Below are positions 37,273 to 49,269 of a DNA stretch of 64,000 bases, piece by piece; position 1 is the first letter of the stretch; the number at the start of each line of letters is the position of its first letter. The stretch spans positions 54,034,430-54,098,429 of the forward strand of contig NC_090399.1 of assembly GCF_036365525.1 (NCBI RefSeq). The letters run 5' to 3'. This DNA is from Heterodontus francisci. Lineage: Eukaryota. The notes beneath the pieces are model-generated. The model did no database searches and was not told the origin of the DNA. It saw only the letters and a program-made list of their open reading frames with translations. The translations under genes and the position numbers were made by a program.

Positions 37273-37394
37273 TAAAGTTGGTTTGGAATTGTTACCCAGT
37301 TAGAGATCAGCACTGCATTCCTGACTGACATTATAAAAGTAAAATACTGCAGATGCTGGAAATCTGAAATTAAAACATAAAATGCTGGAAAGTT

Positions 37395-38215
37395 ATTATT
37401 GTATCTGCTTCCACCATCCTTTCAGGCAGTGCATTCCAGATCATAACAAATCACTGTGTGAAATAAATTCTCCTCATCTCCCCTCTGCCAATTACCTTTA
37501 ACCTGTATTCTCCAGTTACTGACCCTCCTACCACTGGAAACAGTTTCTCCTTATTTACTCTATTAAAACTCTTCGTGATTTTACACCTCCATAAATCTCC
37601 CTTTAACTTTCTCTGCATCTAAGGAGAACAATCCCAGCTTCTCTAATCTATCCACATAACTGAAGTCCCACATCCATGGTACCATTCTTGACCAGGCTCA
37701 ACTTGTCCTTCCACCCTTAAAGATTTGTTCACATACAACCCCAAATCTTTGTCCCCTTACCCACTTTAAAACTGACCATTTCGTTTATATTGTCTCTCCT
37801 CCTTCCACCAAAATGCATCATTTCACAATTCTCCGTTAAATTTCACCTGCCTTGTGACAGCCCATTTAACCAGTCTGTCCAGATCCTCCTGAAATTTCTT
37901 CACATCCTCCTCACTGTTTACTACATTTCCAAGGTTTGTGTCATCTGCAGTTTGAAATTATATCCTGTATATCCCAGTCTGGGTCATTAATAATATTTCA
38001 ATAACAGCAGTGGTCTCAGTACTGACTCCTGGGGAACACCATTGTATACATCCCTCCAGTCTAAAAAACAGCTGTTCACCACTGCTCACTGCTTTCTGTC
38101 CTTTAGTCAATTTTAAATCCAATCACCCGAAACCCATTTAATCCCAGGGGCTTCAATTTTGATAACATGTGGAAGTTTATCAAACATCTGTTAAATGCCC
38201 GTATGCACAACATCA
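37395..38215 (-). mobile_element. Degraded CR1 fragments (short Penelope piece at about 37335-37392)
   Basis: Reverse complement of GVPQ, ADD and C-terminal CR1 segments. Confidence 0.75.
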
Positions 38216-38398
38216 ACTGTTTCAAACTGTTTAAAAGATGGTATAAAAGAGTCAGGTTGAACAGCTGTCACACAGAGCCCCAGCTAAAGCAAACTTCATT
38301 CACTGAGAGGTAGAGAGAATGATTCTGAAATGGAAGCATTCAGAAAAATGAATGGTGCCAGATTCATGTGAGTTGTAGAATATTTGTTAGATTGACCA

Positions 38399-41300
38399 TC
38401 ACTCAATAGCTGCAAGGAAAGGAGAGAGAATGTCAGTAACAAGCTGGGATTAGACAGAGGACAGAGAGGGCCAGTAACCAGCTGGGATTAGACAGAACAC
38501 AGAGAGAGTCAGTAACCAGCTGGGATTAGACAGAGGACAAAGAGAGTCAGTAACCAGCTGGGATTAGACAGAACACAGAGAGAGTCAGTAACAAGATAGG
38601 ATTAGACAGAGGACAGAGAGGGCCAGTAACCAGCTGGGATTAGAAAGAACACAGAGAGAGTCAGTAACCAGCTGGGATTAGACAGAGGACAGAGAGGGCC
38701 AGTAACCAGCTGGGATTAGACAGAACACAGAGAGAGTCAGTAACCAGCTGGGATTAGACAGAGGACAGAGAGGGCCAGTAACCAGCTGGGATTAGACAGA
38801 ACACAGAGAGAGTCAGTAACCAGCTGGGATTAGACAGAGGACAGAGAGAGTCAGTAAACAGCTGGGATTAGACAGAGGACAGAGAGAGTCAGTAACCAGC
38901 TGGGATTAGACAGAGGACAAAGAGAGTCAGTAACCAGCTGGGATTAGACAGAGGACAAAGAGGGCCAGTAACCAGCTGGGATTAGACAGAGGACAAAGAG
39001 GGTCAGTAACCAGCTGGGATTAGACAGAAGACAAAGAGGGCCAGTAACCAGCTGGGATTAGACAGAACACAGAGAGAGTCAGTAACCAGCTGGGATTAGA
39101 CAGAGGACAGAGAGAGTCAGTAACCAGCTGGGATTAGACAGAGGACAAAGAGGGTCAGTAACCAGCTGGGATTAGACAGAAGACAAAGAGGGCCAGTACC
39201 CAGCTGGGATTAGACAGAACACAGAGAGAGTCAGTAACCAGCTGGGATTAGACAGAGGACAGAGAGTGTCAGTAACCAGCTGGGATTAGACAGCGGACAA
39301 AGAGGGCCAGTAACCAGCTGGGATTAGACAGAAGACAAAGAGGGCCAGTAACCAGCTGGGATTAGACAGAACACAGAGAGAGTCAGTAACCAGCTGGGAT
39401 TACACAGAAGACAGAGAGAGTCAGTAACAAGATAGGATTAGACAGAGGACAGAGAGTGTCAGTAACCAGCTGGGATTAGACAGAACACAGAGAGAGTCAG
39501 TAACAAGATAGGATTAGACAGAGGACAAAGAGAGTTAGTAACCAGCTGGGATTAGACAGAGGACAAAGAGGGCCAGTAACAAGATAGGATTAGACAGAAG
39601 ACAGAGAGAGTCAGTAACCAGCTGGGATTAGACAGAGGACAAGATTAGATTAGATTAGAACATTACAGCGCAGTACAGGCCCTTCGGCCCTCGATGTTGC
39701 GCCGACCTGTGAAACCATCTGACCTACACTATTCCTTTTTCATCCATATGTCTATCCAATGACCACTTAAATGCCCTTAAAGTTGGCGAGTCTACTACTG
39801 TTGCAGGCAGGGCGTTCCACGCCCCTACTACTCTCTGCGTAAAGAAACTACCTCTGACATCTGTCCTATATCTTTCACCCCTCAACTTAAAGCTATGTCC
39901 CCTCGTGTTTGCCATCATCATCCGAGGAAAAAGACTCTCACTATCCACCCTATCTAACCCTCTGATTATCTTGTATGTCTCTATTAAGTCACCTCTCCTC
40001 CTCCTTCTCTCTAACGAAAACAACCCCAGAGTGTCAGTAACCAGCTGGGATTAGACAGAACACAGAGAGAGTCAGTAACAAGATAGGATTAGACAGAAGA
40101 CAAAGAGGGCCAGTAACCAGCTGGGATTAGACAGAAGACAGAGAGAGTCAGTAACAAGATAGGGTTAGACAGAGGACAGAGAGTGTCAGTAACCAGCTGG
40201 GATTAGACAGAAGACAAAGAGGGCCAGTAACCAGCTGGGATTAGACAGAAGACAGAGAGAGTCAGTAACAAGATAGGATTAGACAGAGGACAAAGAGGGC
40301 CAGTAACCAGCTGGGATTAGACAGAAGACAGAGAGAGTCAGTAACAAGATAGGGTTAGACAGAGGACAGAGAGTGTCAGTAACCAGCTGGGATTAGACAG
40401 AGGACAAAGAGGGCCAGTAACCAGCTGGGATTAGACAGAAGACAGAGAGAGTCAGTAACAAACTGGGATTACACAGAACACGAGAGAGAGGGTCAGTAAC
40501 CAGCTGGGATTACACAGAACAGGAGAGAGAGGGTCAGTAACCAGCTGGGATTACACAGAACAGGAGAGGGAGGGTCAGTAACCAGCTGGGATTACATAGA
40601 ACAGGAGAGAGAGGGTCAGTAACCAGCTGGGATTACACAGAACAGGAGAGAGAGGGTCAGTAACCAGCTGGGATTACATAGAACAGGAGAGAGAGGGTCA
40701 GTAACCAGCTGGGATTACACTGAAATGCCCCCTACTTTACCAGATTTCAGTCGTGTTAAGGGGATACTGATGGAAGTGTATGATGGGCCATCCTGTGGAT
40801 GTGATATTGTAATTCATTCCTATCAGCCTGTTCGAGCAATATAAATCTTCCTTAGACAGTATTAGAGGAAAAGTAGGGATATCTCCCAGTGTCCAGGACA
40901 ATATTCCTCCCTCAATCAATACCACCAAATCTCACACAAATCTGCTGCTGTGTTTCCCATTACACAGTGACTAACCTTCAAACATGAATCACTCAGTGGA
41001 AAGATTATTCGGAAAATCCTGTGGATGTGGCTAATTCTTTTAATGCTAGTTCTACATTATTGTGGTATCACTGGAGAGTGCAGGTACAGACTGGTGTGGG
41101 GTCAGTCTAGGATTGATATGGGGAAGGGTCACCACACAGAGTGATGGAGTGAGGTGAGGTTATCAGTAGCTGGAATCTCTGACTATAATTACTGTATAGA
41201 GCAGCAGAGCAGTGTTTTCAGGATCACTCTCAGTACTGACAGGGTTACATTTTATTGTCAATTATCAGAGGTGGAAAGTCCCTCAAACTGAAACCAGTCA

Positions 41301-41404
41301 TGCGGTGAAACCACAGACCAGATGTTGGTGTAAATATAAACCGACTCAAAACCCAGCTTTGGAGAATAAAATATTTCTGGAGAGTCACCTGACTCTGGAT
41401 GAAC
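38399..41404 (-). CDS. Candidate cytoplasmic-tail exons of an unidentified minus-strand gene (41404-41389, 40792-40741, 38409-38399)
   Basis: AG/GT-bounded segments splice in frame to xFIQSQ|DGPSYTSISIPLTRLKS|AIE*. Strong acceptor ttctctctcctttccttgcAG at 38410; no homology recognised. Confidence 0.3.
38432..40720. repeat. 38-bp minisatellite, about 50 copies (last 6 or so are a 40-bp variant), split by a CR1
   Basis: Unit gtcagtaaccagctgggattagacagaggacagagaga. Confidence 0.98.
39643..40027 (-). mobile_element. Young 5'-truncated CR1 inserted in the minisatellite
   Basis: Uninterrupted ORF2 C-terminus FSLERRRRRGDLIETYK...DEKGIV*; CpG-rich 3' UTR; (TCTAA)n tail. Confidence 0.95.
41273..41295. 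promoter_or_regulatory. NF-kB site abutting an ISRE-like site
   Basis: GGAAAGTCCC (perfect GGGACTTTCC on the minus strand) followed by tcAAACTGAAACC. Confidence 0.55.
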
Positions 41405-41960
41405 CTGTTAAAACAGTCACTATTTCTCTTTACAATGTGATAGTGCCCTGGCACCCTCTAGTACAACAATAGTGAACTGCCTCAAACACACAGCATTGCA
41501 AGAGTTGGGGGAAAGGTTAGGATTTGGAATGGGGTTGGGGACGTCGGAGCGGGAATAAGCAGGATGTGGTCCATGTTAAGAGGATACTGGGAGAGGAATA
41601 GACACTAAAAAGCATTGCTCCTTCCCCACTGTTTGTCCATATGACAGTCATGCCCGTATATCAGTCATCCTACTGATCTGTTGGAGAACAGATTGCTGAT
41701 TTGCTATGGTCCCGTGGAAGCCCAATTAAACAGTGGTATCCAGAGTCATAAAGGCATCAGTCTGAGCTTCCATTGCAGCACTCAGACCTTTAATGGAAGT
41801 TGTTTGTGTTGCTATGGAAGCTGCGACATCGAACATTGTATCATGTGGGTCCACAGCTGTACTGCTGGAGGTGTCCAGCCTTTCCATGTTGGTAGTATAG
41901 GCTCCAAGCTCCACACAAAGCCCTGTGTCAAGTTGGTGCTGGACTCCTCCATGCTCCTTG

Positions 41961-43043
41961 TGTTCCGAGAGTCCATATGTTTTGTTAAAACTTGGAAATC
42001 TATATTTTTTTAAACTAAAAGAAAAGATTTCATGGAGATTGACACATCTGGAGATAGTTGAACTTTATGGATGCGGTTTTTTTTAAAAGCAAGGTCAATA
42101 AGAGGTTGATGGTTTTGACTAGTAAATAAATACTAGAAACCAGGTGATTTCAAGTAAACCACAAGGGGTTTTGACCGAAGAGCTACCCTTTGTTGTGACA
42201 AGAGAGAATTTATGATTGTCATGGGATTTGCTTGGAAAAACTCTAGTTTCACTTTGAAATGTTAAAAGATGCTGTTTTTTAGACTGAAAGCAGGCAGTTG
42301 GAATCTGCAAATGGACCTGCCAGGACATCAGAAGAAAAAATAGAGAACTGTTACCTCTCTTTGAAGAATACTTGTTAGTGAAAAGCAAAAGCCCATATGA
42401 AATGGTACTGTTACCTCCTGCATTTTTGAAGAGAAGCTGAACATTTGCAGAAACCTTGCATCTTTAAAAGGACTTTTGCATTGAATGGGGCTGAGAACTG
42501 ACCTGTTGCTGCACACCTGATGTAAGACCTATATGAAGCTTCTGCAGCTAAATTTCTTTGAACACCTACCCAATACAGACTGTTCATCAACTTCATCTGG
42601 AAAGACTTGCAGTGGCATCTAATTATTCGGCTTTGGGACACTTCACCAAACCAAAGGACTTCCTTCCAAATCATTGCAGTCTAAGTTTCTTTTATGTTCC
42701 TTTTATTCCTTTGCAACAGCTGTGAACAAAAGTCCCTTTTTTTCCTAGTTAACTGTTTTTTGGACATTTATATATGTGCATGAGGGCTAGGATAATAATA
42801 CGGGGCTTTAATATTTCAATTCGTGTATATATTTACTTCATCATTGGTTAAAACTTGGTTTTATAATAGACAGATAATTTTGTTGTTTATTCAAGTAACC
42901 TGGTTGGTGTGTTTTATTCTGGGAAAATAAAGTATTTAATTGGCTGTTTCGGTAAGTGGGATACTATATTGATATGCTTTGACCTGTGGGAAAGTGGGAC
43001 TGAATTCAGAGTGCAGTGCATAACATAACCCTTGGTCATAACA
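41961..43043 (+). mobile_element. Solo LTR (Gypsy), related to the adjacent element's LTRs
   Basis: TGTTCCGA...TCATAACA termini with a perfect CTTG TSD; 3' half resembles 43650-44179. Confidence 0.9.
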
Positions 43044-43058
43044 CTTGACACTGAGTGG

Positions 43059-46000
43059 TGTCATAAGAGTTTTTGTTTTTAAAGCTAAGAGGTCTGTGTG
43101 CCTTTAAGACTGAAAAAAGGACTTTGTGTGAACAGTGACTGTAGAGACTTGTTGTGGTATTTGGAGGCAGGCTGCAAGGCAATGTGTATCCAAGCAACCA
43201 GAAGGTTTTATGACTATCTTGTGACTAAGGTGTTGTTGTAAAGTTAGTTTCACTTTTGGATTGTTCAGTTACTGCTGGAGACTGGCCAGGTATACAGCCC
43301 AGAGGAAACTCTTTCTCTTGAAAACTAAATCCTGTATCTGGTAAAATTCTAATTTCTTCATGATGTTCAAAGAGTTTTGAAGGAGTTGCAAATCTAATGT
43401 ATGGGTGCCAAAAGCCTTGTTGCTGTTTATGCCTGAAGAGAAGAAAAAACCCAGGAAAAAGAGGAGTTGCTACATTCTGTGGAGAAACTCTGCTTTGCTG
43501 AAAGGAAGCCTGCATTGTTGAAGGTAGCAAAATTCCTATTGTCTCCAGTCTCTCAAAAATCTCTGCCTCAAGTGTAATTTTTGTATTTGTGTTTTTGGAG
43601 AGATCCTGAAATCTCAAGAAAGTTTCTTCTGTTAGACTACTACTTTAAAATTTAAATAGACCTGTTGCTGAGAGATCTGTGTGATGCCTACTGCAGACAA
43701 AGTACCTTGAACACCTACCCACCACAGACTATTTATTCATCTAACCTGGAGACTTTGAGTGGCATCTGAATATTCGACTCTGGGACACCTCACCAATCTG
43801 GAAATATACTACCAGAAGTTACAACTAAGTTATTTTATTATTCCTAAGAAACTGTAGTAAAGTTAATATATCTGTTTTCCCTGATTAAACGTTGGCAATT
43901 GTATGTATGTGTGTGCATGTGGGTTGGGAAGATTAAGGAGTTCTAAAATATTTTCATACATATAGATTTATCTCATTATCATTTAAAACTTGGTTTATTA
44001 ATATTTAGTTAATTTTGTTGTTGTTTAACGCAACCTGGTTTGGCATCCTTTAATATGGGGATAAACAAAGTGATTAATTTGGCTATTTTTTCCGGTAGGT
44101 GGGGAGACGTTATTAATATGCTGTGACCTGAGTAGTGGGACTGAATTAACAGTGCATTACTCCCACCTTAGTCATAACATATTAATTTGAATCCGGGATT
44201 CAAATCCAGTGAATTATAAGGGGAGCAATAATTTGAAAGACAAAAAAAATAAAAGAACCAGGTGTCTTGTATAAGGGTAAAGGCTATACCATCGGAATGG
44301 CATTAGCAGATGCTGCAGCTTTTCTGGGAAAGGAGAATGTGTCCCTCGGTGAAACTTGAACTAAGGATACATTGATAGAACTGGCAGCAAAGTTGGGGTT
44401 AGAATTGAAATCAGGTGCTAAAAAAGCAGAGATAATCAATGTAATAAATCAACACCTGAAATTGGAAGAAGATGAACAAGAAGGTAGAAGGCAAAGGATG
44501 ATGCAGTAGAATTGGCTAAAATTCAGTTACAGTTGAGGCAACTCAAGCTAAAACAAGAGAACGATAATGAAATAGAATGATGAAAACCTGAGGCTGAAAA
44601 AAAAACTTGAATTGGAAAAGGAGGAAAGGGAGAAAGAGAGACCACTTCAGAGAGAAAGTGAAAGAGAAGCAAGGGAATTCAAATTGAAAGAGATGGAATT
44701 GAGACAAAGGGGTGATCTTGACTCCAGGGTAAATTCTGGTCAGGAAGAATCTGAATCCAGCCCAGGACCCAGCAAAAAGCTGTTTAAATTTATACAAACT
44801 CTCCCAAAGTTTGAGGAAAGGGATGTAGAGGCATTTCTCATTTCTTTTGAAAAAATAGTCAAACAAATGAAATGGCCAAAAGAAAGCTGAACACTGCTTG
44901 TGCAAAGCAGGTTGATGGGCAGAGCTCATAAAGTTCATGCCAGGCTTCCTGAAGAGGTTTCTGCAGATTGTGAGATGGAAAAAAAGGCTATTCTAGCTGC
45001 ATATGAATAGGTCCCTGAAGCTTACCATCAGAAGTTTCAGAAATTACAGAGAGTGACTGAACAGACCTACGTAGAATTTAAGAGGGTAAAGCAAGTTAAT
45101 TTTGATTGTTTGATATGGGCATTAAAGATGGAAGCCACGTATGAGAACCTTAGAAAACTGATTCTCTTGGAAGAGTTTAAAAATTCAATCCCTCCAGTAG
45201 AGAGAACTCATGCAGAGAACCAGAAAGTTTTAAAAGTCAGGCAAGCAGCGGAAATTGCTGATGATTTTGAGCTTGTGAATAAGTCAAAATCTTTTGTCCG
45301 TCAGCCCCATAGACCCGAGAAGGATAGGAGATGGGAGAGTGAAAGGAAGACAAGTAGCCTGGGACAAGAAGGAACAGCTGGGAATGCCCCAGGATCTCCT
45401 CCTCAGGCCAGAAAGGAAGGTGCTGAGGGTAGAAGTGAGGTTCGCAAGCCGAAGTGTTATCATTGCCACAAGGTGGGACATCTTCGTTCAGAAAGCTGCA
45501 AGTTACGGAGTAAACCCATGGGACTTACTGGAGGACACAAAGCTAATGCAGAGAAAGAGCGGCTGACTAAGAGTACCGCAGGCCACGCTGTAGTTTTAAC
45601 GGCAGCTGTAAAACCAGGCACCAAATCTAAAGTGAGTGTAGAGGTTGAGAATAAGATACCTGAAAGTTATAGGGGATTCTTGTCAAAAGGAAAAGTTATA
45701 CCATGTCCCTCAAGTGAGGCAAGAAAACCTACTATTATACTCAGGGATACTGGAGCAACCCAGACTCTTTTGCTGGGGAAAGGTATAACATTTCCACCAG
45801 AGAGCACACTGAACGCTAAAGTTTTAGTTAATGATATTGGCAGGGAGTATATACCCGTGCCTTTATATAGTGTGCATCTATAGTATGACCTGATATCTGG
45901 GATGGTAACGGTGGGAGTGTCCATAGTTTGCCAGTAGAGGGAATTGACCAATTTCTCAGGAATAATTTTGCTGGATCAAAAATATCAGTTTCTCCCATAG

Positions 46001-48459
46001 TCATAGAGAAACCAAGTGAAGTTAAAGAAATAGAACAATTACAGGTACAAGTTCCGGGAATATTTTCTGTGTGTAGTAACCTGAAAAATGGTTAAATATG
46101 TTCCATTGTTGGAAGTAAAATTGGTACCACAGACACATAGCCAAGTATCTGAAAATGTATTTGGGGATTTGGATAATCCAGCTGAGATGCTTAACAAATC
46201 TTCTATAATTGCAGCACAACAAGCTGATCCAGATTGATATAGAATAGCACAGTCAGTTCTGACAGCAGCTGAGGCAAAAGGAGTTTCAGAAGACTATTAT
46301 ATTGAAGATGGGGTTTTGAGGAGGAAATGGAGACCGCCTCATAGACCTGTGGATGAAGGCTGGACAGTTTTTCATCAGATAGTGATACCAACTAAATAAC
46401 ACCAGGAGTTATTATGTTTTGCACATGGCATTCCTCTAGCAGGACATATGGGGATCCGGAAGACCAAATCACGTATCAGTCAACATTATTACTTGCCAGG
46501 CCTTACAAAGGAGATGAAGCTGTTTTGTAGGACATGCCATACATGCCGAATGGTGGAAAAACCACAACCTACCATAAAACTGGCACCACTAATTCCCATA
46601 CCAGTTATTGAGTAAACATTTAGTTGGGTATTGGTAGACTGTCTAGGACCTTTGCCAAAAACAAAAGAAGGACACCAATATATACTTAATATCATGGATA
46701 TGGCTACCCGATTTCCAGAGGCTATTCCTTTGAGGACAATTACTGCTAAAGTAGTCGTAGAGAAGTTAACCCAATTCTTTACAAAATATGGATTACCACT
46801 TGAAGTTCAATCAGATCAATGTTCTAATTGCATGTCTAAAATATTTCAAGAAATCCTGGGCAATTTGGGTATCAAACAGTTAAAATCTTCAGTGTATCGC
46901 CCAGAGACACAGGGAGCTTTAGAGAGGTACCATCAAACTCTCAAAACAATGATTAGAGCATCACGAATATCCGCATAATTGGGATAAAGGGCTAGACTTT
47001 CTTTTATTTGCCACCAGGGATTCATCGAATGAGTCTACAGGTTTTAGTCCTTTCAAATTGGTTTATGGGTGTGAAGTAAGAGGCCCTCTAAAACTCATCA
47101 AAGACAGGTTCTTAGAACAAAGGAATGAATCTCTGATACTAGATTATGTATCTGTGTTCTGGGAAAGGCTCATGAAAGCTTGCAATGTGGGTCAGGAACA
47201 CCTTAAAGCATCCTAAGCTAATATGAAAAAATGGGCAGACAAGAATGCAAAGAACCCAATTTTTCAACCCGGGTGGTTTTATTTTAATTAAAAAAAGTCA
47301 ACAGATGAAACTCTCCACCGAATATATGTTAAATTTTTTTTTCAATTTTTGGTTTACAATGTAATGAAACACATTCAAGAATGGAGTTTCATTTCGCCAA
47401 GGGCAAAAGTGTGCCTTTAAGTCTGAAAAAGCTTTCTTTGAACAGTGACTGCAGAGACTTGTATTTGAAGTGTAGGCTGCAAGGCAATTTGTATCCAAAC
47501 AACCAGAAAGTTTTATGACAATCTTGTAACTAAGGTGTTGTTGTAAAGTTAGTTTCACTTTTGAGTTGTTCAGTTACTGCTGGAGACTGGCCAGGAATAC
47601 AGCCCAGAGAAAACTCTTTCTCTTGAAAATTAATTCCTGTATCAAGTAAAATTCTAATTTCTTCATGAAATTAAAATAACTTTGAAGGAGTTGCAAATCT
47701 AATGTATGGGTGCCAAAAGCCTTGTTGCTGTTTATGCCTGAAGAGAGGACAGAACCCAGGGAAAAGAGGAGTTGCTACATTCTGTGGAGAAACACTGCTT
47801 TGCTGAGAGGAAGCCTGCATTGTTGAAGGTAGCAAAATTCCTATTGTCTCCAGCCTTTCAAAAAGCTCTGCCTCAAGAGTGATTTTTGTTTTTGTGTTTT
47901 TGGAGAGATCCTGAAATCTCAAGAAAGTTTCTACTCTTAGACTGCTACTTTAAAATTTAAATAAACCTGTTGCCACAGCCTGTTGCTGAAAGATCTGTGT
48001 GATACCTGCTGCAGATGAACTACCTTGGACACCTACCCATCACAGACTACTCATTAATCTCACCCAGAGACTTTGAGTGGCATCTGATTATTCAACTCTG
48101 GGACGCCTCACCAATCTGGAAATATCCCAACAGAAGTTACAACCCAGTTAATTTATTATTCCTAAGAAACTTTTGTAAAGTTAATGTACCTGTTTTCCCC
48201 AATAAACCATTGGTAATTGAATGTATGTGTGTGCATGAGGGTTAGGAAGATTAAGGAATTATAAAATCTTTTCATACATATAGATTAATCTCATTATCAT
48301 TTAAAACTTGGTTTATTAATAAATAGTTAATTTTGATGTTGTTTAAAGAAACCTAAAGTGATTAATTTGGCTATTTTTTTTGGTAGGCAGGGAAAATTTG
48401 CTAACATGCTGTGACCTGTGGAGTAGTGGGACTGAATTAACAGTGCCTTGGTCACAACA
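43059..48459 (+). mobile_element. Gmr1-type Gypsy LTR retrotransposon, decayed and lacking RT/RNaseH (5' LTR 43059-44179; 3' LTR about 47409-48459)
   Basis: Paired similar LTRs; gag from ATG 44297 with LPKFEERDVEAFL/WPKE and SCAN-like LILLEEFKNSI; knuckle CYHCHKVGH; protease LRDTGATQ; then integrase HxxxxxGH...CxxC and VDCLGPLP...DMATRFPEAIPL...ERYHQTLK. Confidence 0.93.
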
Positions 48460-49269
48460 GCACAAGCTTTCCAGAGAACCAAGCATTTGGTTATGTCCAC
48501 CCTTCAGCCTTCTTCTGTGGCCGGGCCCATCAAAGTCCTCATTTGAGTCCTCTGCAGTCTCTGAGATGGTGGCTGTGAGTGTAAGGTCGAGTGACAGAGT
48601 CTGTTCATCTTCACTTTCTTCCCCGTCCTCCTTCCTCCACTGATTGGGAAGGTTGCAGTTTTTGGGTATCTGAAGTGAAAAAGGGTCAAGGGTTAGATTG
48701 TGCTGAGGGGAGAGGAGAAGGTAAGAAGTGTGTGCTTACACCATCTGCAGCTTGTGAATCAGGAGAGAGTCAGGGATTAGGGAGAAGTGGGAGGAGAGAA
48801 AAGGAGAATTGGTACCTGTGTTCTCTTTGCCCCTGCCTTGGCTCCTACATGCTTGTGCCCAGTGTCTCAACACGTGCGGATCCTCTTCTATCTTAGCCTC
48901 TAAAATATGCTTAGGGTCAGTCTCTGAGCTGGTGCCTGCTGGTGTCTCTTCATCTTCAGTGTCTTCTTCCCATTTGTACTCTGGCTGGGCAGGCTCCAGT
49001 TCTTGGGAATCTCAATGAAAAAGGGACCAGGGTTAGATTGTGGTGAGAGGCAGGGAGAAATTAATAACTGCATGTTTACACTATCTTTTAAAAAAAATTC
49101 TTCTTGGGATGTGAGCGTCACTGGCAAGGCCACACAACCCACACTCACACCAGCTTGTACACCCACACATCACACTCACACTGCCTTGTACACACATCCG
49201 ACACTCACATCACCTTATACACACCCAGCACACTGCATCTTGTACACATCCAGCACACTCACTGAGGCA

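Larger units (their letters stand above)
41480..49085 (-). mobile_element. Harbinger-like element relic (accessory/Myb-type gene pieces at about 41480-41960, 43044-43058 and 48460-49085), split by LTR elements
   Basis: Host sequence rejoins across the LTRs; acidic spliced segments and a heptad-like MELGAYTTNMERL segment resemble 53660-53866. Family assignment is from pattern recall. Confidence 0.45.

Noticed and set aside
45053-45883. Host SCAN/zinc-knuckle gene
   Set aside because: It lies within an LTR-flanked, stop-riddled gag-pol; no sign of domestication.
43225-47922. Duplicated ORFs starting MRFQDLSKNT (43225-43617 and 47671-47922)
   Set aside because: Antisense frames inside the paired LTRs, not a gene family.
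48670-49080. Duplicated 60-bp motif (about 48670-48740 and 49015-49080)
   Set aside because: Best explained as repeated intron/exon junctions within the transposon relic rather than host exons.
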